A stretch of 64,000 nt of DNA from Saprospiraceae bacterium (GCA_016712145.1 JADJRO010000001.1:1560868-1624867); one strand, 5' to 3'; positions 22,432 through 32,578 are shown, counted from the first letter of the stretch. Numbers and translations are program-made. The notes: generated from the letters alone by a model not told the origin.

Positions 22432-24573
22432 TCAATTTTTTATAAGTTTATAATTAATAGTGATATACAAATTGCGTCCAAATAAATTTGGAATTCGGTC
22501 TGGATCTTTGTAATTAAATAAATTGTCAGCACCAAGCTGGAATTTTAATTTAGAATAAAAAAGTTTTGAAATGGAAATATTGCAGAGAAAATAACCAGAA
22601 ACAAAATGATCAAAGCGATCTAATATTGCATTTGAATTGGCATCTGATGATGGCCTTACATTCCCCTGAACGCTGCCAGCAGTATTTGAAATTCCAAATT
22701 TACTTTTATAGATAAGCCTAAATGAAGCATTCCAATTTGATTTAGAATTTTCGTAAAATAATTTAATCGACTCAGTATGCCGGGAACGATTATACAAACC
22801 GAAATAATCAGATTTTGAAATCTGATAACTTACTTTTGTTACTGGGTCTCTACCGAAAACAAGACCATCTTCAATAGATTTTAAAACTTCCTTGTCTTTA
22901 GCAAATAATACCTGGGAATTTAATTCAGTCTGGATACAATCCTTAATTTTAAATCGAATACTGGCCTCAATTCCATGTGTATATGCTTTTTTTATGTTTG
23001 AGTATGAATAAATTGTCTTGAGATCCTTAGTAATTGCGACTGCCTGTGTTTCTATCAAATTCTTTAAATCGTTTCTAAATAAATTTATTTCAAATTGAGC
23101 TTTAGAATGAAAATCATATTGTGCTCCAAGATTAATAGCAATTGATTTTTCAGGAAAGAGTTTACCAATTAAATTGACATCATAGAGGTATTGCTGAATT
23201 TCACCTTTTTGATCTAATGATTCCAATTCAGATTTTAACTCACTGGTGCCATACACAAAATATCCGGCTGCAGCATTTCTGAAGTTCAGATATAAATATC
23301 TAAAATCAGGTGATTTAAATCCGGTTCCAAAAGAAGTTTTTAGTTTTAATTCAGGAAACACTGCCCATTGAATGGCTGTTTTCGGACTCCATTGATTGCC
23401 ATAAACAGGATTCATATCATAACGAATTCCATTTACCCATTCGACTTTATTGCGCCAACTGAATTCATGTTGTATGTATAAATAATTGGTTAGTTGAATC
23501 CGAAACTTGTCATCATCATAGCGGTTGGTTTTTACACCTTCATATGCCAAACCTGCACCTATTGTATATTTATGTGCAGCATTAAAAAAACAACTTGCCT
23601 GAATTTCCGGTTTAAACAATCGTTGTTCAAAACTATCTGTATAGTATGCAAGCCCACTGACATTTTGATTTAGATAGGTGTATGCTTGATACATGCTTCC
23701 ATAACTTGTAAGGTTTACAAATGCCCGTTCTCCAATTTTCAATTTGTATTGTGGTGAAATACTGTAGTCATTGATTTGCGTTTTCCCAAAGACCCGGATT
23801 GAATCTGATGCATTAACAACCTGGTAGTTGTTTTCCTGATTTTCTCTAAAAGCTTTTGTATTCAACAATAAAAGATGTTTACCATTCCAGTCTTGCTTAA
23901 TCTGAAACTGCAAGGTGGAATTAGAATACGGTGACACCGTTTGTCCATAAATATCAGGGTGAAAATCAAATCCAGCGGTTCTGTAATGATTTCCAAATAG
24001 ACTGACATTTAAATTGGAATGATTCCAATTGGTATTTAAAGATGCATCTACAGTATTGTTTGTGGCATACTTCAAACCCAAATCCAATTGACTTTGTAAG
24101 GGAGATTTTGTAATAATGTTGATAACGCCACCCAAGGCTTCTGAGCCATACAAACTTGAGCTTGGGCCCTTGATAATTTCAATTTTTTTTACATTGGCCA
24201 GTGTGACCCGATTTAATTCAAGATTACCAGTCAGTCTTCCGATAATCGGTTCACCATCCAATAATATCATAGTGTAATCAGGATTTAAACCTTGCATTTG
24301 AATGCCATTCCCAAAACCATTGATTTGAGCAACTACATTTAAACCACTTTGTTCGTTGAGAATATCTTGCAGACGGCTTGATCCACTCAGGTTGATCATT
24401 TTAGCTTTAATAACAGAAACCGGCATCGGGACTGTCCCAATACTCCGTTCTGTTTTAGTAGCAGTAATTATTACTTCATTGAGCTGAATGCTATCCGATT
24501 GGGCTATAAGCTTATTCAATAGGAAAATCAGGCATATAATGGTCAACAATCTCATTCGGACCACAAAAGTCAT
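22432..24573 (-). CDS. TonB-dependent receptor (HmuR/siderophore-type)
   Basis: Plug region NEVIITATKTERSIGTVPMPVSVI, GPSSSLYGSEALGGVINIITK, and a C-terminal barrel ending ...YITINYKLIKN. The start may be the internal MRLLTIICLIF at 24555. Confidence 0.85.
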   Translation of the reverse strand: MTFVVRMRLLTIICLIFLLNKLIAQSDSIQLNEVIITATKTERSIGTVPMPVSVIKAKMINLSGSSRLQDILNEQSGLNVVAQINGFGNGIQMQGLNPDYTMILLDGEPIIGRLTGNLELNRVTLANVKKIEIIKGPSSSLYGSEALGGVINIITKSPLQSQLDLGLKYATNNTVDASLNTNWNHSNLNVSLFGNHYRTAGFDFHPDIYGQTVSPYSNSTLQFQIKQDWNGKHLLLLNTKAFRENQENNYQVVNASDSIRVFGKTQINDYSISPQYKLKIGERAFVNLTSYGSMYQAYTYLNQNVSGLAYYTDSFEQRLFKPEIQASCFFNAAHKYTIGAGLAYEGVKTNRYDDDKFRIQLTNYLYIQHEFSWRNKVEWVNGIRYDMNPVYGNQWSPKTAIQWAVFPELKLKTSFGTGFKSPDFRYLYLNFRNAAAGYFVYGTSELKSELESLDQKGEIQQYLYDVNLIGKLFPEKSIAINLGAQYDFHSKAQFEINLFRNDLKNLIETQAVAITKDLKTIYSYSNIKKAYTHGIEASIRFKIKDCIQTELNSQVLFAKDKEVLKSIEDGLVFGRDPVTKVSYQISKSDYFGLYNRSRHTESIKLFYENSKSNWNASFRLIYKSKFGISNTAGSVQGNVRPSSDANSNAILDRFDHFVSGYFLCNISISKLFYSKLKFQLGADNLFNYKDPDRIPNLFGRNLYITINYKLIKN

Positions 24574-24871
24574 ACAGCAATGAATTTAAAAATAACCCAT
24601 TCAGAATAAAGCCTACCCCAAAACGTTATATCTTGGCGTATGAATTTAGCCATTTTTTTTTTACTTTGATCCTATAATATGGCCAAACAGTCATATTTTA
24701 GCTGATTGCTTGTTTAAAATCCTATCATGCCCAATAAAAAAAATACCCAGATCGGAAATACCAAACCTTGTTTTGATGAACCCGATTTACAACTAGCTGT
24801 AATTGATTTAAATCCTGAATTTCAAATTGAATCGCACCAATTAAGTAAGCTCCGGGTTCATTTTTTTCTGC

Positions 24872-25600
24872 TTGAATACTCCGATTAATTTTAGATTTAG
24901 TCCATTTTATAGCCGCAAACTTGAACCAGAAAAGATTTTCATAATTTACAATCCCGAAAAAGAATTAGAATGTAGTTTTGAATGTGAAACTCCATCATCA
25001 ATTATCTGGTTGCATTTAAGTCTGCAAAAATTACACCAGCTATACAGTCCGGAAACTCAGGCAGCTCCTATTTTTAATCCTTCCTTTATTCATTCTAAAT
25101 CCTACGAAGAAAAAGAAGCACCGGCAGAATTAATGGTTGTACTTAACCAGGTGTTACAAAAAAGTAAGTTGCAAAATTACAGTCGCTTATTTTTTCAAGC
25201 TAAAATACTGGAAATATTCAGTTTACTCTATTCTGAAAAAACACAAACTACAGAAAATTGTCCGTTTCTAAAAAATGAGACTACGGTGCGAAAAATTAAA
25301 GCTGCGAAAGAAATTTTAATAAAAAATTATAGAAAACCTCCAACAATTCCTGAACTTGCAAAGCAAGTTCAGCTAAATGAATTTCAATTAAAAACCGGAT
25401 TTAAAGAAATTTATGGACAAGGCCCTTATCATTTTCTGATGGCTCATAAATTAGAATTAGCGAAACAATTATTAAGCTCCGGCAAGTTTCAGGTTCAAGA
25501 GGCGGCTTTTGAAATTGGGTATAGCAATACAAGCCATTTTATTGAAGCATTTAAAAAACAATTTGGAGTCACGCCGAAAAAGCTAAGCAGCAATTCCTAA
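24872..25600 (+). CDS. AraC-family transcriptional regulator, N-terminus possibly truncated by a frameshift
   Basis: The C-terminal HTH_18/AraC signature reads PTIPELAKQVQLNEFQLKTGFKEIYGQGPYHFL...EIGYSNTSHFIEAFKKQFGVTPKK. An ATG-started frame at 24727 runs into this ORF across a T7 run at 24861-24867. Confidence 0.8.
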   Translation: MNTPINFRFSPFYSRKLEPEKIFIIYNPEKELECSFECETPSSIIWLHLSLQKLHQLYSPETQAAPIFNPSFIHSKSYEEKEAPAELMVVLNQVLQKSKLQNYSRLFFQAKILEIFSLLYSEKTQTTENCPFLKNETTVRKIKAAKEILIKNYRKPPTIPELAKQVQLNEFQLKTGFKEIYGQGPYHFLMAHKLELAKQLLSSGKFQVQEAAFEIGYSNTSHFIEAFKKQFGVTPKKLSSNS

Positions 25601-25603
25601 GAT

Positions 25604-27685
25604 CTAATTTCCTTGTTGTTGTTTCTTTACCATTGTTAAAATAGTAGCTATAGCAACCGTTTCATTTGACTGATCTATTACTTCAACTAACCAGCGGACA
25701 ATTCCACACTTCACTTCTTCTTGAAGTTCTGATTCGTTTTTTGCAGGAATTTTAATTGTATTATCTTGATCTACTTTTTCTTTTACGGTCAACTTTACAC
25801 CAATGGTCATGCCTGGATAAACCGGTTTTGTAAATCGACATTCATCAATTCCGTAATTCAATAATACAGGACCTTTTTTTGCATCGACAAACAAACCGGC
25901 CGCTTTGGATAAAATAAAATACCCATGTGCTACTCTTCCTGTAAATAAAGTTCCTTCCAAAGAGGTTGCATCCATGTGTGCATAAAAGTTATCCCCACTA
26001 ACGTTTGCGAAATTGGTAATGTCGGCTTCTGAAACGGTGTGATTTGCTGTAATCAATTGATCTCCAACTTGCAATTCTTCAAAATATTTTCTAAATAGAT
26101 GGATTGGAGTTTGATTTGCTAAAGCTCCTTGCTGATATACTTGAGTAATCGCAGTTACCATTTCCGGAGAACCTTGCAAGGCCACACGTTGCATGTAATG
26201 CTTTACTCCGCGAATACCACCCATTTCTTCACCTCCACCAGCACGGCCTGGTCCGCCATGCATTAACAAAGGCATTGGGGAACCGTGACCGGTACTCTCT
26301 TTTGCACATCGTTCGTTAAGAATTAAAATTCTGCCATGATGGCTTCCCGCTTGAAGTGCATATTCACTTGCAATTTTAGGATCGTTTGTAACAATGGAAG
26401 AAACTAATGAACCTTTACCCAACTTAGAAATTGCTACCGCCTCTTCTGTTGTATTATATCCTAATATCGTACTCACTGGCCCAAATGCTTCCAGTTCATG
26501 GGATATTAAATTTTTAAATGGAAATTCGTTTAACAAAAGTATGGGAGACATAAATGCACCGGCTTTAGAATCTGTTCCTATAATTTCTGGAAAATCTAAG
26601 GTTCCATAAACTATTTTAGAAAATTCACTCAATTGAGCTACCCGTTCTTTTACTTCATTTAATTGAGTAATTCCAGCCAATGAACCCATGCGCACTGCTT
26701 CTGATTCCGGATTTCCAATAATGGTTTTTTGCAATCTTTGTGACAATACAGCTTGCACCTCAGCAATCCATTGTTGTGGTACAATAATTCGTCGAATGGC
26801 GGTACATTTCTGACCGCACTTTGCAGTCATTTCCCGGTGCACTTCCTTGATAAATAAATCAAAATTTGCGGATCCAGGTGCGACATCTAAACCTAAAATA
26901 CAAGCATTCAATGAATCCGCTTCCATATTAAAAGGGACCGATTCATTTAAAATTTGTGGATGCGATTTAAGCATGCGTCCTGTACTGGCAGACCCAGTAA
27001 AGGTTACAACATCCTGATTGGTAACTGAATCCAAAATTGAATGCGCTGATCCACAAATCAATTGCAAAGCACCAGCTGGTAAGATGCCAGATGCTATGAT
27101 ATCTTTAACAACTGCTTCTGCTAAAAATGTTGTGATGGTTGCTGGTTTCACAACTGCAGGAACTCCTGCCAACAAATTAACAGCAATTTTTTCCAGCATA
27201 CCCCATACCGGAAAGTTAAATGCATTGATATGAATAGCAACCCCTTCTTTAGGCACCATAATGTGTTGTCCAATAAAGCTGCCGTTTTTAGATAAACCGG
27301 CCATTTCACCATCGACATAAAAAGACTGATTGGGAAATTTTCTTCGCAGACTTGAATATGCAAATAAAGTACCGATCCCTCCATCAATATCGATCCAACT
27401 ATCTGTTTTAGTTGCACCCGTTTTATAGCTAAGTGGATAATAATTTAATTTCCGCTCAGAGAGATACAAAGCCAATGCTTTTAACATTCTGCCTCTTTCT
27501 TGAAAACTCATGGCTCGTAATGCAGGACCGCCTTGGGTTCTGGCATAATTGAGCATTGCTGAAAAATCAAGTCCTTTGCTAGATACCGATGCAATGGGTT
27601 CACCATTTACAGCATTCAGTAAAATTTGACCTTCCCCATCGCCTTCAATCCAGGAACCTAATGCAAAACTTTGTAGTTTACTCAT
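25604..27685 (-). CDS. paaZ: Bifunctional PaaZ (oxepin-CoA hydrolase / 3-oxo-5,6-dehydrosuberyl-CoA semialdehyde dehydrogenase)
   Basis: 693 aa. It has an N-terminal aldehyde dehydrogenase domain (MSKLQSFALGSWIEG..., FTGSASTG, GQKCTAIRR) and a C-terminal MaoC hot-dog domain (FANVSGDNFYAHMD...GRVAHGY). Confidence 0.85.
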   Translation of the reverse strand: MSKLQSFALGSWIEGDGEGQILLNAVNGEPIASVSSKGLDFSAMLNYARTQGGPALRAMSFQERGRMLKALALYLSERKLNYYPLSYKTGATKTDSWIDIDGGIGTLFAYSSLRRKFPNQSFYVDGEMAGLSKNGSFIGQHIMVPKEGVAIHINAFNFPVWGMLEKIAVNLLAGVPAVVKPATITTFLAEAVVKDIIASGILPAGALQLICGSAHSILDSVTNQDVVTFTGSASTGRMLKSHPQILNESVPFNMEADSLNACILGLDVAPGSANFDLFIKEVHREMTAKCGQKCTAIRRIIVPQQWIAEVQAVLSQRLQKTIIGNPESEAVRMGSLAGITQLNEVKERVAQLSEFSKIVYGTLDFPEIIGTDSKAGAFMSPILLLNEFPFKNLISHELEAFGPVSTILGYNTTEEAVAISKLGKGSLVSSIVTNDPKIASEYALQAGSHHGRILILNERCAKESTGHGSPMPLLMHGGPGRAGGGEEMGGIRGVKHYMQRVALQGSPEMVTAITQVYQQGALANQTPIHLFRKYFEELQVGDQLITANHTVSEADITNFANVSGDNFYAHMDATSLEGTLFTGRVAHGYFILSKAAGLFVDAKKGPVLLNYGIDECRFTKPVYPGMTIGVKLTVKEKVDQDNTIKIPAKNESELQEEVKCGIVRWLVEVIDQSNETVAIATILTMVKKQQQGN

Positions 27686-27696
27686 AGCTTAATTAG

Positions 27697-28155
27697 TTAT
27701 TGTGTAATGCCAAATTGATTTAAGTGATGCCAGGCATGTTTGTAAAGAAGTCCAACCCAATGTTCGTAATCAAGATCTCCAAAAAAAGGATTTCTTATAA
27801 TACCATGAGGATTTTTTGACCAGGTTTCAAAAAAATGATTTACTTCTGTTTCCAGTTCAGTGATACTTTCCTCCAACAAATGCTTTTCAACTGGGAGTGG
27901 TTCATCTGGAAGTAAAATGTTTTTTGTATTTTCTTTAAAAGGAATATCCGAAATAACAAAAGCCTGTGCTTTTAAAATTCGTTCATCTGGAGTAAGAATG
28001 CTGGTATAGATATCCCTTCCATTTCCCATTCTAAATGCTTGGGTCATGTGTTCTATCATTTGATGCACATTCATCTTTCCCCATTTTCGATTGCTGTCTG
28101 GATTCAAACTGCGAATCAATGGAAGGTATTCATTTTTAAGAAAATTTTCTTTCAT
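27697..28155 (-). CDS. DinB-superfamily / DUF1569-like protein
   Basis: 152 aa with WGKMNVHQMIEHMTQAF and YKHAWHHLNQFG, which fit helical-bundle His motifs. Confidence 0.5.
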   Translation of the reverse strand: MKENFLKNEYLPLIRSLNPDSNRKWGKMNVHQMIEHMTQAFRMGNGRDIYTSILTPDERILKAQAFVISDIPFKENTKNILLPDEPLPVEKHLLEESITELETEVNHFFETWSKNPHGIIRNPFFGDLDYEHWVGLLYKHAWHHLNQFGITQ

Positions 28156-28275
28156 GTCAATTTTTAAAACAAAAACAACGTATTAAAAAAAAAAATTAGT
28201 ATTTCCTAAACAAAGCAATAAATACTAAAATAAGTTCAAAAAATTCGTAGCTCGAAATTCTTAATTCTTAATTAA

Positions 28276-29484
28276 TCAAACTCTTTCCAACACACAAGCA
28301 TATCCTTGTCCAACTCCAATACACATGGTAACCAATGCAAATTTCTTTTGTTGAACATGCAGTTCAATGGCCGCAGAATGTAATAAACGTGTGCCCGACA
28401 TACCCAAAGGATGTCCAAGTGCTATTGCGCCCCCATTTGGGTTTAAGCGAGGATCATTCCATTCGATGTTCCATTCTTTTAGACAAGATAAAACTTGTGC
28501 AGCAAAGGCTTCATTTAATTCAATAAGATCCATATCATCCAACTTTAATCCTGCACGTTTTAGTGCGATTGCTGTTGCAGGCACTGGACCTATTCCCATA
28601 ATAGAAGGTTCGACTCCGCTGACTCCTGAGGAAACAATGCGCACTAATGGTTTCAGTTGATGTTCTTGTATCGCTTTTTCGGATGCCAGCAAGATGGCCG
28701 CGGCACCATCATTTAATCCAGATGCATTTCCAGCAGTTACCGTACCATTCAATTTATCGAATGCCGGTTTTAAATTGGAGAGTGTTTCTATACTTGTAGA
28801 TCCTTTTATAAATTCATCTTTGTCAAATATCGAAACGTTGCCATTTTTTGAATGCAACTCAATTGGATGAATTTCTTTTTCCAAACGACCGGACTGTTGA
28901 GCTGCAAACGCTTTTTGCTGACTGTGAAATGCAAATGCATCTTGAGCCTCTCTCGATATTGAATACTTTCTAGCCAGATTTTCTGCAGTTTCTCCCATCG
29001 CTTCTGTGCCATAAAGCGTTTTCATTTTACCATTAATAAAACGCCAGCCGAAACTGCTGTCAGCCATTTCGGCATCTCTGCCAAAAGGAGTGGATGTTTT
29101 TGAAATAACCCAGGGACCCCGTGTCATGTTTTCGACTCCTCCGGCAATAATCAACTCTGCTTCATGAGATCGTATTGCATGAAAGCCATTAACTGCTGCC
29201 GCCAAACCTGAAGCACACAATCGATTGACAGTTTCTCCAGGAACGCTCCAGGGTAAACCCGCCAATAATAAGGCCATTCGGGCAATGTTCCGGTTATCTT
29301 CACCAGCCTGGTTGGCGCAACCCAATAATACATCATCAACACGCATTGGATCCATGGTTGGATTCAATTCAAGCAACCATTTAAGGGGAAGTGCTGCTAA
29401 ATCATCTGTACGAATGTTTGCCAAACTTCCGCCAAATTTACCAATGGGAGTGCGGATGCCATTGACAAGGTAACATTCGTTCAT
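28276..29484 (-). CDS. paaJ: 3-oxoadipyl-CoA / acetyl-CoA C-acyltransferase (thiolase)
   Basis: Thiolase signatures: VNRLCASGLAA (active-site Cys), NEAFAAQVL, GGAIALGHPLGMSGTR and CIGVGQG; 402 aa. The paaJ name rests on paa-cluster context. Confidence 0.8.
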   Translation of the reverse strand: MNECYLVNGIRTPIGKFGGSLANIRTDDLAALPLKWLLELNPTMDPMRVDDVLLGCANQAGEDNRNIARMALLLAGLPWSVPGETVNRLCASGLAAAVNGFHAIRSHEAELIIAGGVENMTRGPWVISKTSTPFGRDAEMADSSFGWRFINGKMKTLYGTEAMGETAENLARKYSISREAQDAFAFHSQQKAFAAQQSGRLEKEIHPIELHSKNGNVSIFDKDEFIKGSTSIETLSNLKPAFDKLNGTVTAGNASGLNDGAAAILLASEKAIQEHQLKPLVRIVSSGVSGVEPSIMGIGPVPATAIALKRAGLKLDDMDLIELNEAFAAQVLSCLKEWNIEWNDPRLNPNGGAIALGHPLGMSGTRLLHSAAIELHVQQKKFALVTMCIGVGQGYACVLERV

Positions 29485-29628
29485 ATTAAATAATTATATA
29501 ATATATTATAAAAAACCCGAGCAATTGTTAAGCAAAATTAGCTAATTTATGTCAACCAGATTGTCCCGATAGACAGCAAAACAATAAGCTCATTGAAAGG
29601 TTTATGTCGGTCCAATAACAGGTTTAAA

Positions 29629-30666
29629 TTAAGCAAGGGTTCCACCACAGCTGCTGCCAGAACCGGCAGTGCATCCAAAACAATGTTGGTTGACTACGAT
29701 GTTCCGGTGCATCAGTTCATTGATATCAAAATCATCGATGTGCTGACTGTTTGCGTGTACTTTCAAATCCAACATTTGGTTAAAATCACAATCATATATG
29801 AATCCATCCCATCCAATACTCAAGGTATTTCTACACATGACGTTTGAAGCAGCAATTGGATTGTATGATTGAATGAGTTTATTCATATAATTTTCATAAT
29901 TACCACTTACCAATAAATAATCCAGATACCTGCTGATTGGCATATTAGTAATTGTATACAACTGGTTGAAAACAATATTAAAATCCCGCTGTAAACTTTG
30001 TTTAAATTCTTTTTCAAGGATGGATTGATCAGCAGGTAAAAATGCTCCAGATGGATTATAAACTAAATTTAAAATCAGTCCACTGTCTAGCAGTCCGTAA
30101 CCAACTTTATTTAACATTTGTAAAGCTTCAATGGAATCTTCAAAAACCCCATCTCCGCGTTGTTTGTCGGTACGATCTTTAGAATAAAAAGGCAATGAAG
30201 AAATCACTTCCACCTGATTTGATTTATAAAAATCAGGTAAATCATGGTATTTTTTATTGGCACGGATAATGGTTAAATTACATCGAACCATCACATGAAT
30301 TCCAAGCGCTCTGATTTGTTCGACAAACCAACGAAAGTGCGGATTCATTTCAGGAGCTCCACCAGTTAAATCAACTGCAGTAAACAGCTTGTTGGATTGT
30401 AAAATTTTCAAACAAGTTTCCATAGTGTTTTGCGTCATGATCTCTTTACGATCCGGACCTGCATCCACGTGACAATGTTTACAGGTTTGATTACACATTT
30501 TACCAATATTAATCTGAAAGATTTCCAGATTTCTTGGTTGCAATGGATATAGATTAGACTCAATCAATTTTTGTGTGAAGGGAATTAAATTCGCTTCATG
30601 TTCTAATAAATTAATCTGATACCCTGAATCTGCCAATGCATGATGCATTGCTTTTAAACTTTTCAT
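29629..30666 (-). CDS. arsS: Arsenosugar-biosynthesis-type radical SAM protein ArsS (radical SAM/Cys-rich family)
   Basis: Carries CNQTCKHCHVDAGP (CxxxCxxC) and the characteristic Cys-rich C-terminus HCFGCTAGSGSSCGGTLA. It is adjacent to the peroxidase-like partner gene. Confidence 0.7.
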   Translation of the reverse strand: MKSLKAMHHALADSGYQINLLEHEANLIPFTQKLIESNLYPLQPRNLEIFQINIGKMCNQTCKHCHVDAGPDRKEIMTQNTMETCLKILQSNKLFTAVDLTGGAPEMNPHFRWFVEQIRALGIHVMVRCNLTIIRANKKYHDLPDFYKSNQVEVISSLPFYSKDRTDKQRGDGVFEDSIEALQMLNKVGYGLLDSGLILNLVYNPSGAFLPADQSILEKEFKQSLQRDFNIVFNQLYTITNMPISRYLDYLLVSGNYENYMNKLIQSYNPIAASNVMCRNTLSIGWDGFIYDCDFNQMLDLKVHANSQHIDDFDINELMHRNIVVNQHCFGCTAGSGSSCGGTLA

Positions 30667-30685
30667 ACTTTGAATGCCGTACTAA

Positions 30686-31021
30686 TTACATACTGATTTC
30701 CTTCACTTTATTCATCATCTGAACCCCGTGAACCAAAGAAGCACCTCCACGGATAGCGGCAGCAACATGCACGGCCTCCATCCTTTGTGCTTCACTGTAT
30801 CCTTTTTCATAGGCATCAGTACTATATGCATCGATACAATAAGGACATTGGACTGCATGAGCTACAGCCAGTGCAATCAATGATTTTTCGCGAACGGTTA
30901 AAGCCCCTTCATTAAATACATCTCCATACCAGGAAAAAAATTTGTCTGCAAGATCCTTTTTAAATTCTCCTATATTTCCAAATTTGGATAAATCAACTGC
31001 GTTGTAATAGTGATTGCTCAT
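30686..31021 (-). CDS. Arsenosugar-biosynthesis-associated peroxidase-like protein (AhpD/carboxymuconolactone decarboxylase fold)
   Basis: 111 aa with LTVREKSLIALAVAHAVQCPYCIDAY (CxxC of AhpD-like proteins). It lies immediately upstream of arsS on the same strand. Confidence 0.65.
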   Translation of the reverse strand: MSNHYYNAVDLSKFGNIGEFKKDLADKFFSWYGDVFNEGALTVREKSLIALAVAHAVQCPYCIDAYSTDAYEKGYSEAQRMEAVHVAAAIRGGASLVHGVQMMNKVKEISM

Positions 31022-31435
31022 TTAAATTAAGTTTCTGCAAATATAATTGAATCCTACACTATATTCATCAAGGACAAATTAAAGTGCATAGGCTATTAAA
31101 ATACTTGGCTTAGTTAAATTTATAAAATTTGCCAGCTCCTATAATGGAATCGTATCAATTTTATAAATTGAGATCCCGTACCTGGATCCAAAAAAGTTTT
31201 TAAACTAACCAATTCATCCTTGAAAATTCTTGTTTCGAGCGGGTCAGTGAAGCATTTAACATAATAAACTAAACCTTTTAATTTCTTGCCCATTATACCT
31301 GAGTTAATTCGCAGTACATGTTAACTGAATGCTAGTTAAATTGGTGTTAAAAAGAAATCAGTTTATTAAATCGGTTAAACAATTTGAATGAATAATACAT
31401 TTACTTACATTAAATAAAAACTTAAATTAATAGCA

Positions 31436-32026
31436 ATGAAACAAATGATTTTACTATGCTTTTTAGGAACCCTATTTTTGGTTCAATCTGGTTTTAAACC
31501 AGCTGTTGTAGCACATAAAGTGGATTTACAACAATCGTCTGTGTCCTGGACTGGTTATAAAGTTTCGGGAAAACACCAAGGATCCATCCAAATGAAATCC
31601 GGTGAATTGAAATTTGATGCAAACAAACTTGTAGGTGGAAGTTTTGAAATTGACATGACCAGTATTCTCTGCACTGATTTAACCGGTGAATACGCAGATA
31701 AATTAGTCGGTCATTTAAAAAGCGATGACTTTTTTGGGACTGCCAATCATCCAACTGCAAAATTTGTAATTACGCAAGCAATGCACCAAGGGAATGAACT
31801 TTATAAAATATCCGGAAATTTAACCGTTAAAGGAACTGCAAAACCTATTAAATTTTCTGCAACAGTTAAAGAAGAAAATGGCAATAAAATTGCCAATGCA
31901 GAAATAAAAATTGACCGTGCTGATTATAATGTAAAATATGGTTCAGGATCCTTTTTTGAAAACTTGGGCGACAAAACCATTTTTGATGAATTTGATATCA
32001 ATGTAAAGCTTGTAACCAAGAAATAA
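31436..32026 (+). CDS. YceI-family (polyisoprenoid-binding) periplasmic protein
   Basis: Signal peptide, then SSVSWTGYKVSGKHQGSIQMKSGELKF and KFVITQA...ISGNLTVKGTAKPIKF, which are typical YceI motifs. Confidence 0.8.
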   Translation: MKQMILLCFLGTLFLVQSGFKPAVVAHKVDLQQSSVSWTGYKVSGKHQGSIQMKSGELKFDANKLVGGSFEIDMTSILCTDLTGEYADKLVGHLKSDDFFGTANHPTAKFVITQAMHQGNELYKISGNLTVKGTAKPIKFSATVKEENGNKIANAEIKIDRADYNVKYGSGSFFENLGDKTIFDEFDINVKLVTKK

Positions 32027-32051
32027 CAAATTAAATAATTTTATAATATAT

Positions 32052-32083
32052 AAACCGCTGCAATTATTTGCAGCGGTTTTTTT
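32052..32083 (+). terminator. Rho-independent terminator
   Basis: aaaccgctgca-attatt-tgcagcggttt followed by a T-run, 26 nt after the YceI stop. Confidence 0.8.
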
Positions 32084-32164
32084 ATGTTCATACTTGACCT
32101 TCATATCAAACATTTCGTATATTTGAAATGACAAAACGTTTTTTTCAAACAAAACAAAAATTTT

Positions 32165-32578
32165 ATGAACACAAAAACATTGATTTCTGGCCTACTGGGC
32201 GGGGTATGTTATTTCCTGCTGGGTTGGTTGATTTATGGGGTCTTACTGAAAGATGCTATGAACAGCTCCATGGGTTCCGCCACCGGTGTCATGAGAGGGG
32301 AAGCAGATATGCTTCTTTGGGCAATTGCCATTGGCAATATTGCTACGGGTTTAGGGATGGCTTACATTCTTGGTAACTGGGCAGGTGTAACCAGCTGGGC
32401 AGGAGGTGCCAAAGCTGCTGCTACCGTTGGTGCATTGTTTTCTATAGGTTATGACCTCATTATGTATGCAACCAGCAATATGATGGAGCTTAATGGCATC
32501 TTTATGGATGTTCCAATTTCAATTTTTATGTCTGCTTCTGCCGGTGCTGTGATTGGATGGTGGCTTGGCAGATCTTAA
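32165..32578 (+). CDS. Small 4-TM membrane protein (tandem paralog 1)
   Basis: 137 aa with four hydrophobic segments, ending GWWLGRS. It is clearly homologous to the next ORF. Confidence 0.6.
   Translation: MNTKTLISGLLGGVCYFLLGWLIYGVLLKDAMNSSMGSATGVMRGEADMLLWAIAIGNIATGLGMAYILGNWAGVTSWAGGAKAAATVGALFSIGYDLIMYATSNMMELNGIFMDVPISIFMSASAGAVIGWWLGRS

Noticed and set aside
25604-29484. Numerous 60-100-aa ORFs antisense to or overlapping paaZ and the thiolase (e.g. 26394.., 27018.., 27148.., 28335.., 28367.., 28806.., 29151.., 29225..).
   Set aside because: All lie within long, confidently assigned genes, and none has recognisable motifs. Shadow ORFs of this kind are typical.
29629-30666. Possibility that ArsS is a selenoprotein here, since some family members carry a C-terminal Sec.
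   Set aside because: The C-terminal motif reads GCTAGSGSSCGGTLA with Cys codons, the frame has no in-frame TGA, and I saw no SECIS-like need.
31120-31293. Possible 57-aa minus-strand ORF (MGKKLKGLVYYVKCFTDPLETRIFKDELVSLKTF...) in the 414-bp spacer upstream of the arsS-associated gene.
   Set aside because: It is below the track threshold, has no recognisable family or signal, and lies in an AT-rich promoter region. The evidence is insufficient to call it.
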